This document shows positions 23,642 to 32,780 of a stretch of 37,263 bases of DNA, piece after piece. The DNA lies in the IMG/VR virus record IMGVR_UViG_3300034109_000079, positions 1 through 37,263 of that record, one strand, 5' to 3'. The translations under genes were made by a program, and so were the position numbers. Under the pieces are notes generated by a model. The model was not told the origin of the DNA and did no database searches. It worked only from the letters and a program-made list of their open reading frames with translations. How positions within the stretch are numbered: the first letter of the stretch is position 1; every line of letters starts with the position of its first letter. The stretch is from a virus. Taxonomy: Duplodnaviria; Caudoviricetes.

Positions 23642-23832
23642 CTGAAGAATTTAATAAGGTGGTCGAGATGATTAATAGCTGGTGGGCTAAGTCTATGGTT
23701 GCCATCATCCTATGCGTCATTGGGTATCAGATAGGAGCAATCCAGACTGAGATACGGATAGCGTCAGATTGTAAGTTTGCTAACGCTTTTAGAGTCGATA
23801 TTCAGGCATTTAGTTGCCAAAGGAAACTGTAA
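23638..23832 (+). CDS. Small single-pass membrane protein
   Basis: Hydrophobic segment MVAIILCVIGYQIG; ATGA coupling. Confidence 0.7.
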   Translation: MTEEFNKVVEMINSWWAKSMVAIILCVIGYQIGAIQTEIRIASDCKFANAFRVDIQAFSCQRKL

Positions 23833-24026
23833 TGGGCAGACCTAGAAAGAATCCAGATGATCCTAAGTGGAACACGGAGATTAAGCCTTCCAGAGACTAT
23901 GACTGGAACCTGTTCTTTGCAGCCGCTTTAGGCGGTTTAATTGCTAAGGGTGGTCTGTCCTATGACCAGCTAATAAAAACGGCTTCTAGCATCGCTACAG
24001 AGGCTCAGGACTCACTTTCTGATTGA
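23832..24026 (+). CDS. Small protein with AT-hook-like N-terminus
   Basis: MGRPRKNP...; TAATG coupling; AAGGA RBS. Confidence 0.7.
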   Translation: MGRPRKNPDDPKWNTEIKPSRDYDWNLFFAAALGGLIAKGGLSYDQLIKTASSIATEAQDSLSD

Positions 24027-24473
24027 GTCATACTGTGCATAGCATTGCTTCAGCGCGAGTCTTAGGTTATCTGCCTCTAGTGCTACTTTGACAAAATCTT
24101 CTGCACTTTCTCGATAAAGCTGTCTTGGGGTACATCCACCTTGTCCAGAACTGGTGGAACCGGACACGGTACTGCTTTGGGTGGAGATGGACGGACGCTG
24201 CTGCAAGCTGTTGTTAAGAGCAGTAGCCCTAGCATTAAGGTCACGGATTTCACGGTCTTTCTCCTGTCTTAGTCTGTCTGCATTAGCCTGTAGCTCTTGT
24301 TCCTTCTTCCTAGCCGCTTCCTGACCTTTAGCGTACTCCGCATACTGAGCCGCCTTTTCCTTATCCCACAGGTTTTGAATCTTCGCCTGACCATGCTCGG
24401 AACCCTGAAAATATCCTGCACCTGCCGCTGCGATAACGGCAACAAGGGAACCGAGTAGAAAGTAAGGATTCAT
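24012..24473 (-). CDS. i-spanin (Rz-like)
   Basis: N-terminal TM helix plus coiled coil; hosts an embedded lipoprotein gene; in the lysis cassette. Confidence 0.85.
   Translation of the reverse strand: MNPYFLLGSLVAVIAAAGAGYFQGSEHGQAKIQNLWDKEKAAQYAEYAKGQEAARKKEQELQANADRLRQEKDREIRDLNARATALNNSLQQRPSISTQSSTVSGSTSSGQGGCTPRQLYRESAEDFVKVALEADNLRLALKQCYAQYDSIRK
24083..24253 (-). CDS. Embedded o-spanin (Rz1-like lipoprotein; not in ORF track)
   Basis: +1 frame: AGGAG RBS, GTG start, MKSVTLMLGLLLLTTAC then Pro-rich SSVRPSPPKAVPCPVPPVLDKVDVPQDSFIEKVQKILSK. Confidence 0.85.
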   Translation of the reverse strand: MKSVTLMLGLLLLTTACSSVRPSPPKAVPCPVPPVLDKVDVPQDSFIEKVQKILSK

Positions 24474-24655
24474 TTCGGAGGAACTTTAGTACCGTCTAGC
24501 TTCTTGTGGACTTTAACCTCACGACAAACCTGAACCTCTTTACCCTTACGATCCTTCTCTGCGTGACATACCTTCTTAGTCTCGGCTGCATGAATCTGGA
24601 ACACTAAGACCGAACTTAGTAAAACAGTAACAGCCATGCGTAGGTAGATAAACAT
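24470..24655 (-). CDS. Small secreted protein
   Basis: Signal-peptide-like N-terminus, two Cys, basic. Confidence 0.7.
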   Translation of the reverse strand: MFIYLRMAVTVLLSSVLVFQIHAAETKKVCHAEKDRKGKEVQVCREVKVHKKLDGTKVPPK

Positions 24656-25077
24656 TAGTTGATCTCCGGATGTGGTGGTTGAGCAGGTTTGTCTTTAAGG
24701 CTCACCACAGGGTCTATAGAAGGCTCTACACGGGTGTGTACAGGACTAGGTGACTTAGGAGCAGGTGGGTCTGCTTCAGGCTTACTTAGGTTCGGTGGCA
24801 CGAACTGAGGTAGAGCATCCTTACCCTTGACAGCAAGTAATGTTGCCAATGAGCCAAGAATATACTTGCTCATGTCAGACAGGATCAGGAAGAACTGCTT
24901 ATCCGCTGGAGCCATGCCATTCATAGGTTGCGTTACGAACACAACGCTATAAAGCGATACTCCGACCATGATAATGACCGTACAGCAGAAGGTTACAGCG
25001 ATACAGAACTTAATTACGGCATCGTGCTGCTCCTGCGTCATTGCAAGGAACTGGCTTATCAACTTTAGGGGATTCAT
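24655..25077 (-). CDS. Two-TM membrane protein with Pro-rich tail (holin candidate)
   Basis: Two hydrophobic segments; AAGGA RBS; in the lysis cassette. Confidence 0.65.
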   Translation of the reverse strand: MNPLKLISQFLAMTQEQHDAVIKFCIAVTFCCTVIIMVGVSLYSVVFVTQPMNGMAPADKQFFLILSDMSKYILGSLATLLAVKGKDALPQFVPPNLSKPEADPPAPKSPSPVHTRVEPSIDPVVSLKDKPAQPPHPEIN

Positions 25078-25243
25078 CCTTAATTTCCTCTGGCTTAGTC
25101 AACTGATCTGGGCAGGTTCCTGTAGCTGAACAATAAGGTCTCTGGCATTGTTTAGTCTCCCAATTCTCAGGGTCTTGGCAAGGATAACGGAACCTATCGC
25201 ATCCACTAAGCAGCAGAACCAAACATAGACAAAGCAATCTCAT
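25010..25243 (-). CDS. Cys-rich lipoprotein
   Basis: MRLLCLCLVLLLSGC lipobox, then RYPCQDPENW...CQRPYCSATGTCPD; start 25243. Confidence 0.75.
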   Translation of the reverse strand: MRLLCLCLVLLLSGCDRFRYPCQDPENWETKQCQRPYCSATGTCPDQLTKPEEIKDESPKVDKPVPCNDAGAARCRN

Positions 25244-25850
25244 AATGGTGTTTCCTATCCTCAAGTCCAATATAGCCACCGTTAATAGCCCTAGTCAAAC
25301 CCTTAAAGTCATCCGCATCTACGAATCGATTGAGCTTGTTCTCACTCCAGAACCAGCAAGCACTCTGAGCAGCACCTTCGAATGTTTCTAAATAGTCAAC
25401 GGCTTGTTCAGGTGTAATCTCTAGGCTAGCTGCAAACCAAAAATAATTATTTTTTCCCGTTAGCTGCAATATCCCACGACCACGGAATTTGAACCCCTCA
25501 CCAGAAGCCTCGTCACCGTTACCCATACGATCCGCATAGACCTTAGATGCTATCTTCTTAGGATTACGTTCGTATTGCTTGGCTACTTCCATCGTTGGGA
25601 AATATTTAGGGAATACCCGCTGTAGACCTGATGCAGAATAGTTCAGGTTCTCTGTGACAAAGACGAATCCACCTGACTCATGACCGCATTGGGCTAGAAA
25701 AGCAGCTACCCGCTTAGGCGTATTGATCTCGTATTCCTCAAGGAGAGACTTACCACCTAGCTCAGTCTGCTTGCTAAATAGCGCGTCATACCATTGCTGA
25801 GGATACTTTGTATTAGGTGCGAACTTCTTGAATTGAGCCAGAGTTATCAT
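25206..25850 (-). CDS. Endolysin, glycoside hydrolase family 19
   Basis: AAFLAQCGHESGGF...ENLNYS...FRGRGILQLTGKNNY...TRAINGG..GLEDR. Confidence 0.93.
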   Translation of the reverse strand: MITLAQFKKFAPNTKYPQQWYDALFSKQTELGGKSLLEEYEINTPKRVAAFLAQCGHESGGFVFVTENLNYSASGLQRVFPKYFPTMEVAKQYERNPKKIASKVYADRMGNGDEASGEGFKFRGRGILQLTGKNNYFWFAASLEITPEQAVDYLETFEGAAQSACWFWSENKLNRFVDADDFKGLTRAINGGYIGLEDRKHHYEIALSMFGSAA

Positions 25851-26152
25851 TTACTGTACATCCTCTCAATCTGTATCTCTTTGCGTAACTCTCTCATCTT
25901 GCGAACCTCAATAACGGCTGCTTGAGTTGCATAATACATATCGTAGTACATGAACGCTAGTATAGGCATTACGATAAAGAACATGAGAATTACAGCTAGT
26001 ACAACCGTAATCAAAGACCAAGGTACATCTTCTGAATCGCGCTTTGAATTATCAGCCACATTAGACCCACCGCCCACAGAACCACGAATACGACTGCTCC
26101 AATCCATACCAGCCGACTTTTGAGGCGATTTATCGCCCTTCTTCGTTGCCAT
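25847..26152 (-). CDS. Single-TM membrane protein
   Basis: Long hydrophobic helix and short coiled coil; overlaps the upstream gene by up to 142 nt. Confidence 0.65.
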   Translation of the reverse strand: MATKKGDKSPQKSAGMDWSSRIRGSVGGGSNVADNSKRDSEDVPWSLITVVLAVILMFFIVMPILAFMYYDMYYATQAAVIEVRKMRELRKEIQIERMYSK

Positions 26153-26709
26153 CTAGCCGCCTGTATCTTCCTTGTCTCTACCGCTAGTGCTTCGGCTTGC
26201 TCATTCTGTATATCAGTCCATGCCTTCTCAAATCTAGCCCATACACTACCTAACTCACTAGGAGTGTTATAGACCATCTGCTCTCGAACCTGAGCCAGCA
26301 TATCGTTTAGCTTCGACTCTAGCCTGATTCGCTCTAATGCCCTGCGACCTAACGATAAATCACCCCTATAGACCTCTTTAGACTCAGCCTCACTCTGGAC
26401 GTATATCTTTACCAGAGCTTCATACTGGTCAATAAAGTTCCCAAGATTCGACCAAATATCGTTAAGTACATCGTCAGGTGCAGCCTTAGCTATCTCCTGA
26501 ACCTTCTTAACTTCTTCGTTATATTGTTTTTTCTGCTCAGGACTTGGATCGACTATCTTGTGATACTGCTCTTTTAAGTCCTTTAGTACGCCACTTACGT
26601 CACCGCTAGTACTCTTTATCTGCTTATAAAGGTCTACGCCTTTTTTAGCTAAATCAATCGCTGTGGTACAAGCCTTATAAGCCGCAGCAATCGTTATAGG
26701 GTCTAGCAC
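26011..26709 (-). CDS. Coiled-coil protein with C-terminal TM helix
   Basis: MLDPITI N-terminus, helical body, LVWIGAVVFVVLWAVGLMWLII anchor. Confidence 0.75.
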   Translation of the reverse strand: MLDPITIAAAYKACTTAIDLAKKGVDLYKQIKSTSGDVSGVLKDLKEQYHKIVDPSPEQKKQYNEEVKKVQEIAKAAPDDVLNDIWSNLGNFIDQYEALVKIYVQSEAESKEVYRGDLSLGRRALERIRLESKLNDMLAQVREQMVYNTPSELGSVWARFEKAWTDIQNEQAEALAVETRKIQAARWQRRRAINRLKSRLVWIGAVVFVVLWAVGLMWLIIQSAIQKMYLGL

Positions 26710-26710
26710 A

Positions 26711-26989
26711 TCAGAACAGGTGTAGCTGTTTCTTCATACTAATGATTTCGTTATGCAAGGCATGGTTAGCTTCCTCGCACTTACGGTTCTGCTCCTCAAC
26801 AGCAGCCAGCCGTTCAGACAGTCGTGCGACCTCTTCACGCAAGGTGGTGACTACCTGCTCCCAAGCAGCACCAGTAACGTCAGCAGCATGATTATGACGA
26901 TTATCAGACTTGATCTTTTGATACATAGCCCATGCACCAGCACCTAGACCACCAATACCTACGACAACCTGTGAAAGTAAGTTTTCCAT
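26711..26989 (-). CDS. TM plus coiled-coil protein (holin-like)
   Basis: VVVGIGGLGAGAWAMY followed by heptad repeats. Confidence 0.65.
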   Translation of the reverse strand: MENLLSQVVVGIGGLGAGAWAMYQKIKSDNRHNHAADVTGAAWEQVVTTLREEVARLSERLAAVEEQNRKCEEANHALHNEIISMKKQLHLF

Positions 26990-26998
26990 GATAATTAA

Positions 26999-27727
26999 TT
27001 AACTTTTCATAATAAAGGCAAGAGCGTAATACGGTGGCAAGTTCTGGTTAGTACCAGATGAACCAGTTGAATCAATAGAAATACCAGTCGTTGCAGAACC
27101 AGTTAAATTAGTACCAGAAAATTGAGTAGAGGCATTACCGCCTCCAGCAACTGTTTGTAGAGCTATAGTTGATACAGAGTGTCTATGACCCGGATCAGTA
27201 ACACTATGCGTATGACTTACGACAATCGCATCTTTAGTACCACCAGTCTGCGTTAGTGATCCAGTAACATTCGTCTTAGCTACACCAGCATCATCCTGAC
27301 GCGCACCAATAATAAATCTATCTCTTAGGTCTGGAGTGCCACTAGTACCATTACACAGTAACCATCCACTTGGAATAGTTGCAACAGTACCAGACCACAT
27401 TACTATCATTCCAGCGATAAAGCCAACAGATGACCATTGTGGAGACTGACCAGCACCTCTTGATGCTAAAACCTGACCAGATGAGCCAACAGACGAATTA
27501 ACAGTTAATGTGCTTGATAATGTTGTATTGCCAGTAACAGAAAGAGTTCCGCCAACAGCGAAATTATCGCTATCAGTACCGGATTGCATATCCTTCACCT
27601 GAGCCATTAGCTCTCGGATAGCGTTATTGATACCACTAGGCGCACATCCTTCAGCGATATTTACACCGCCAATGTCCGTATTGTTGGATGGTGTGCTACT
27701 CCACTCGCTAACTTTGTCTTTTGGCAT
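26999..27727 (-). CDS. Short tail fibre with tail-collar-like domain
   Basis: EGCAPSGINNAIRELMA attachment domain; GMIVMWSG...IPSGWLLCNG..GTPDLRDRFI; NLPPYYALAFIMK. Confidence 0.85.
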   Translation of the reverse strand: MPKDKVSEWSSTPSNNTDIGGVNIAEGCAPSGINNAIRELMAQVKDMQSGTDSDNFAVGGTLSVTGNTTLSSTLTVNSSVGSSGQVLASRGAGQSPQWSSVGFIAGMIVMWSGTVATIPSGWLLCNGTSGTPDLRDRFIIGARQDDAGVAKTNVTGSLTQTGGTKDAIVVSHTHSVTDPGHRHSVSTIALQTVAGGGNASTQFSGTNLTGSATTGISIDSTGSSGTNQNLPPYYALAFIMKS

Positions 27728-27736
27728 GATTATTCC

Positions 27737-29422
27737 TTACTGACCCAATAGCCCGAAATTAGTTGGCTGTAACTGCTCATTTATCATTTGCTGTTCTGCT
27801 GCTGTTAGCGCACGACCAAATGTCGTTCTAGCAGGTTCAGGCAAGAATTGTCCAGCCGCAGAAACACCACCATAGGTGCGACCAATCAAACCCTCTGGTT
27901 TAGCCCCAAAGTAACGCTGACCAAGCACATTCCTTACAGGCTGAGATGTCGCAGCATAAGCCAATGGGGATAATGCCAAACCTGTAATATCTGCTACCGT
28001 CCTAAACGATTGACCTTCCACCGTACCGCTAGACGGGAACGCTCTAGGGAACGCACCACTTAGCATCGCAGCAGTTTCTATAGGCTCTCCTGTAGTGCCA
28101 TAAGTAGGCTTTTTGGATAGCTTTCTAGCCAATGTCGCAGCACTTACATTGCCTGTACTTTCGTTAAAGGCATCCTTAATTAGATACCAGTCTGCCAATG
28201 TCTTGCGACCTGTACGGAACTGGTCTAATGTCGTTTGACCGTTAGTACGCATGAGATTGGCAGGACTAGCCAAATAAGTTTCAATAGAATCCTCAAATGC
28301 GCTTCTAAGCCCCTTATAAGCTCCTGCTGCTACTGTTGAGCCACTCTTTTGAGCTTTAAACAAGTCATCGCCAATAGCCTTAGCTCGAATAAACGCTTGC
28401 TCTCCGGTAATTGGATTAGTCGCAAAATCCTTGTATTCATTCAATACTCGAATTGCTTTTTTCTCAATAGCTTCACGCTGTTGGGCAGGGATATTGTTCA
28501 ACCTTGCCAACTGAGCATTAATTTCGTTAAGGTAATTCTGGTTCCCCATGATTGAAGGAACCTGCTCAAGCGACTTGTAATTACGTAACGCAGAGTTATA
28601 AGCTGTCTGCATCGTTTCATTAGTCAACTTAGCAGACTGAGGAACATTGATTAATGTTTTTGCAATGTTATTAGTCTGTTCCTGATTGGCATCCTCAAGA
28701 CGAGTAAAGGCACGACGAGCAATCGGCAAGTTACGTTTCATGCCTTCCTTAAGCTCACCACCAATCCCGGTAATCTGAGTAGGATCAAGTACGAAACCTT
28801 GCTGCAAAGCCCTTCTAGCTACTTCTTTCTGCTGTTCCGTTAGGCCAGAAGGAACTTGTGGAGCCAAACCTACCTGACGTAAGCCAAACTGAGTGATACC
28901 ACCTGTGACACCACTTACACCAGCCTTAGATAGCATCTCTGTGCCAGTAGCACTAGGTGTAGTCAAAGAGTAAATAGAGCCACCAGCAGCAGCCTCTGGA
29001 ACCGTAGTCGGCAATAATGGGTTAAATCCAGCACGAGCAGCCCTAAGACCTAGACCACCCATAAGAGAGCCAAGAACGTCAACACCAGTTGAGCCAACGA
29101 TCTCCTTAGCCCCCTCTGGGGTTAGGCTTCTATAAGTCGGAGACATTACAGAGCGTTCTTCCTGAATCTGCTGCTCATAACGACCTAGAGTTTCAGGAGA
29201 AACAAGACCTACAGCCTCGCCAATTCTTAAGCCAGTACCTCTTAGGCCTTCAGTAACTTGGCTAACACGCTTACCAGCACCAGTCATTACGCCACCTTCT
29301 TGTGGCTGTTGACTTTGCTGAATCTTTGAAATCTCAGCAGCAAGCAAACGTGCGCTAGTGGTATCACCAGCTTTATCGGCACTAATAAGTGCTTGTTCTA
29401 AATCTTGGAGAGTGACAGCCAT
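27737..29422 (-). CDS. Putative internal virion/ejection protein
   Basis: 561 aa, Gly/Ala-rich hydrophobic stretches; position after the nozzle genes. Confidence 0.65.
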   Translation of the reverse strand: MAVTLQDLEQALISADKAGDTTSARLLAAEISKIQQSQQPQEGGVMTGAGKRVSQVTEGLRGTGLRIGEAVGLVSPETLGRYEQQIQEERSVMSPTYRSLTPEGAKEIVGSTGVDVLGSLMGGLGLRAARAGFNPLLPTTVPEAAAGGSIYSLTTPSATGTEMLSKAGVSGVTGGITQFGLRQVGLAPQVPSGLTEQQKEVARRALQQGFVLDPTQITGIGGELKEGMKRNLPIARRAFTRLEDANQEQTNNIAKTLINVPQSAKLTNETMQTAYNSALRNYKSLEQVPSIMGNQNYLNEINAQLARLNNIPAQQREAIEKKAIRVLNEYKDFATNPITGEQAFIRAKAIGDDLFKAQKSGSTVAAGAYKGLRSAFEDSIETYLASPANLMRTNGQTTLDQFRTGRKTLADWYLIKDAFNESTGNVSAATLARKLSKKPTYGTTGEPIETAAMLSGAFPRAFPSSGTVEGQSFRTVADITGLALSPLAYAATSQPVRNVLGQRYFGAKPEGLIGRTYGGVSAAGQFLPEPARTTFGRALTAAEQQMINEQLQPTNFGLLGQ

Positions 29423-29424
29423 AA

Positions 29425-31170
29425 TTACCTCGTTCTGTACTTCTCAAATGCTTTTTGACCCTCTGGACTCAGATTAGTTCCAGCATCAGTAGTAACAGCA
29501 CCACCACGCAATATTTTCAAATCTTCAGGAGTAAATACTTTATCTAAACCACGATCTTTCATGGCCTTCCTAAAAGCCTCAACACCAAATGTGTCAGACT
29601 GAATCAATTCAGCACGAACGTCAGCAGCAGCGGCAGCCCGATCAGCCAATCGTTGAGCATAAGTAGCCAATGTTTGCCTACCTTCTCTTGTATTAAACAA
29701 GGATGGAATCGCAGACAGGAACGACTTGATTTCAAAGTCAGACGTAGCACCAGACCCTTCAACACGCAAGGTAGGAGCCAATTTAGCCCTAATAGCTTCT
29801 GCGGTCTGTCTAGCAGTAGCTAATTGCTCTGCTTTAGTACCCGGCATATAAGCACCGATCTGACCTGCAAAGTCTTGCCAAGCACCACCACGATAAGGTT
29901 GCAAAATATCAACAATAGCCTTTACATCAGATGCTGCTGATTGTGCGTTCATAGCAGCTTCTTCAGCACGAGATTGAGCCTTAGCACGTTCACCAGCTAA
30001 AACTTTATCGGTGACATTAACTGTTGTTTGTGGACGACCAGCAATACGCAATTCTTTATCACGCCTTTGCTTTTCTGCAAGAAATCCACGTAACTCATCA
30101 CCACTTGCTAACTCCATTGGCTTCGGAGTTCCATCAGCATTTTTGAACATTGAACCAAACAATGCTCTGTTTTCATTGGTGAAATCAACTTGCTTTGAAG
30201 CAAATTGATTGGCATCGTTCAAAACGCCGTCAATACGGTCAGATAGCTTCTCCATTGAAAGAGTGCCACCTTTTGCCGTATTTTTAATTGCCTTAATTCG
30301 TCCCTTAAATTGATCTGGAACCGAATTGATAACAGAACTAAAATCAAAGTTTGCTACAGAAACCCTATTAATTTGGGTATCAATTTCCTTGATTTGATTC
30401 TGTAAATTTGTAATTTGAGCGTTATTTGCCGCCCTAAAATCTATGGCTGTTTTACCTACAAGCCTTGGGTCTTTTGCTATACGTTGATTAGTTGCACTTA
30501 ATGCATTAATTTCATCCATTAAGCTCTGTTTTTGATTCTGTAAATCAAAAGTTGGGCTTTCTTGAACAGTAACTGGTGGCAATTCTGCTTTTACTGGTAC
30601 AGCAGCCGCTTCTGGTGTAGTTGGAACAGCACCAGAAACCGCAGTAGAAGGTTCCGCAACAATCGCTGTTACAGCCGGAGGAGGAGTTACAGTCTCAGCA
30701 GTTGTAGTAGTTACAGGACGGGTAGTTGTTACTGGTGCAGTTCCAGCTACCGCCTGTTGCAATGGAGCCATCTCAGCAAAGTATTTAATCGCCTCACCCG
30801 GATTAGCTCGGATATAAGCCACCATCATTGGGTCGTTAGCGATCTCTGGTCTTTGTAATAGATTATTAATTGCCGTAATCTGAGCCTGAGACTGTTGCAA
30901 CTTCTGTACGTTAGCCAACTGATTCAGACCAGCATCGTAAGTCTGACCAGCACCACCAAATCCAGCACCAGCAGCCGTTAGAATGTTCTGCAAAGCCGAA
31001 CGCTGATAGCCCTGTGGACTCATCCCTTGAGCCAATGCAGCACCAAAACCTAGCAATCCAGCTAGGTTAGCTCGTTTCTCTAAGGCACTACTTTGCTCAG
31101 GAGTCAAAAGACCCCTGTAAGCCTCTGGAGTCGATCCAAAGATGTTAGGGATATAGTCTGTAATCGCCAT
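29425..31170 (-). CDS. Putative internal virion/ejection protein
   Basis: 581 aa, hydrophobic N-terminus, Pro/Thr linker, coiled coil, GSGATSDFE motif. Confidence 0.68.
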   Translation of the reverse strand: MAITDYIPNIFGSTPEAYRGLLTPEQSSALEKRANLAGLLGFGAALAQGMSPQGYQRSALQNILTAAGAGFGGAGQTYDAGLNQLANVQKLQQSQAQITAINNLLQRPEIANDPMMVAYIRANPGEAIKYFAEMAPLQQAVAGTAPVTTTRPVTTTTAETVTPPPAVTAIVAEPSTAVSGAVPTTPEAAAVPVKAELPPVTVQESPTFDLQNQKQSLMDEINALSATNQRIAKDPRLVGKTAIDFRAANNAQITNLQNQIKEIDTQINRVSVANFDFSSVINSVPDQFKGRIKAIKNTAKGGTLSMEKLSDRIDGVLNDANQFASKQVDFTNENRALFGSMFKNADGTPKPMELASGDELRGFLAEKQRRDKELRIAGRPQTTVNVTDKVLAGERAKAQSRAEEAAMNAQSAASDVKAIVDILQPYRGGAWQDFAGQIGAYMPGTKAEQLATARQTAEAIRAKLAPTLRVEGSGATSDFEIKSFLSAIPSLFNTREGRQTLATYAQRLADRAAAAADVRAELIQSDTFGVEAFRKAMKDRGLDKVFTPEDLKILRGGAVTTDAGTNLSPEGQKAFEKYRTR

Positions 31171-31178
31171 ACGTCACC

Positions 31179-31658
31179 TTAGATAAGACTAATCGGCTGT
31201 TGTTGAGACATAGCGTACATAGGCTGTTCCATCTGGAACTGCTGACCAGGCATTAGACCCGGAGGAGGAGCCATAGGCAAAGGCTCAGGAGGAGTCAGCA
31301 AACTTCCCGCCGTTTGCAATCCAATATTAGTAGTTACTGGATTTTGATTTGCAAAAGTATTAGCACTTTGCAATCCACTAGTAAGACTACTCATTAACGA
31401 TGATGATGCAGGAGCAGCCATAGCCGATCCAGCAGCAGTATTAGCAGCTCCATAACCCAATGCAGGTTGTGCAGCAATATTAGCGGCTTGAGTAGCACCA
31501 GCAGTACTAGAACCCATTGCGCCTAATGAACCCAATCCCTTTGCGCCAGCAAATAAAGCGGCATTGATAGCAAGACCTTTACCAATATCACCTTTTGCAA
31601 GACGATTCGATATAACGCCGTTAATTAACATCCCCGGTAATGTAGCTGGATCACCCAT
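31179..31658 (-). CDS. Putative small ejection protein
   Basis: Ala/Gly-rich, 159 aa; TAATG coupling. Confidence 0.55.
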   Translation of the reverse strand: MGDPATLPGMLINGVISNRLAKGDIGKGLAINAALFAGAKGLGSLGAMGSSTAGATQAANIAAQPALGYGAANTAAGSAMAAPASSSLMSSLTSGLQSANTFANQNPVTTNIGLQTAGSLLTPPEPLPMAPPPGLMPGQQFQMEQPMYAMSQQQPISLI

Positions 31659-32374
31659 TATTTGCCTCCTGTCGGTGTAGCCGTTGACGTAGATGTAGTC
31701 TCCATTGGCGCACCATAAATAACCTGAGCAGCCCGCCCCAATCTCTGCAACGGAATATCCTGAGCAGCCAATCGACCTAGGATAGCTTTTTCAATGTAAC
31801 CTTCTCTACCCTGTCCAATTTTTAGCAATTTATCAATGTCAGAATAGTCAGCAGCAGACATCGTAGGGGCAGCCTGAGCAGCAGCTACCTGTCTAGCTCT
31901 TTCAGCTTCAGCACTTTCATACGCCAATTTACCGCCCTGTTCCGCTAAAGCACGAGCAAAGATGTCTTGATTAACGCCAACTTGCTGACCCATAGCAGCC
32001 GATCCATAACGACCCTTAGAAGCAGCCTGAGACTGTAGAGCCTGAATATTCCGAGTGTATTCCTCACCGGATAATCGATTAGCTTGCTCTAAAGCACCCG
32101 CTAGGAACGGATTAACGCCACGACCTTCAATCGTAGCTAGTTGTTCAGCCTGACCAGCACGTAGTAGTGGGGAACCTGCCATAGCACGTTCTTCAGCCCG
32201 TCTAAAAGCCTCAATACTCGCCTCAGATTGAGGAGCAGCTAGAGTCTCAGGAGCCGCTGGCATGCCCTCATAAAGTCTCTTGGCTTCTTGCGCTCCAAAA
32301 AGTGCATACGGCTTAAACTCAGGAGCTATCGTTGTTGTCGATGTTTGCGTTTGACCGCCGCCACCACCACCCAT
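31658..32374 (-). CDS. Putative internal virion protein
   Basis: MGGGGGGQTQTSTTTIAP start, GRYGS, Q/A-rich helices. Confidence 0.65.
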   Translation of the reverse strand: MGGGGGGQTQTSTTTIAPEFKPYALFGAQEAKRLYEGMPAAPETLAAPQSEASIEAFRRAEERAMAGSPLLRAGQAEQLATIEGRGVNPFLAGALEQANRLSGEEYTRNIQALQSQAASKGRYGSAAMGQQVGVNQDIFARALAEQGGKLAYESAEAERARQVAAAQAAPTMSAADYSDIDKLLKIGQGREGYIEKAILGRLAAQDIPLQRLGRAAQVIYGAPMETTSTSTATPTGGK

Positions 32375-32375
32375 A

Positions 32376-32780
32376 TTAGACCTCGCAAATCCATCGTCTA
32401 GGACGGAAACCCAATGCTTTCGCCCTACGTTGCCATCCTTGCCTGTGACTCGAAAACGTCAGGTATTTGTTACCTGCTTGACGAGCCATCTCTTTTATGT
32501 ATTTTATGCCACTTTCAACAACTTGATAATCATTTTCTAACGTCCAAGCAGCCCACACATGGAGTTCTTCCCCCAAAGGCTGCAAGATAAAGAATCCCGC
32601 AAATCGCTGATTCTTTAACGCAACCCACAGCATCGCCTTCTGGTTAAAACAGTCCGTATAAACGTCCTCAACAATCCAATTCTCAGGACTGCGAGTTTTA
32701 ACCTTTTCCAATCCCGGTCGAATCGTTCCCCACCAGTTCCTTAGCTCATCCACAGGGATGTAGCGGAAATCAACCGACAA
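32376..32780 (-). CDS. GNAT-like virion assembly protein (start uncertain, TTG 32780 proposed)
   Basis: GFFIL...LHVWAAW...F.S.R.GW.R...LGF; position before the ejection genes. Confidence 0.55.
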   Translation of the reverse strand: MSVDFRYIPVDELRNWWGTIRPGLEKVKTRSPENWIVEDVYTDCFNQKAMLWVALKNQRFAGFFILQPLGEELHVWAAWTLENDYQVVESGIKYIKEMARQAGNKYLTFSSHRQGWQRRAKALGFRPRRWICEV

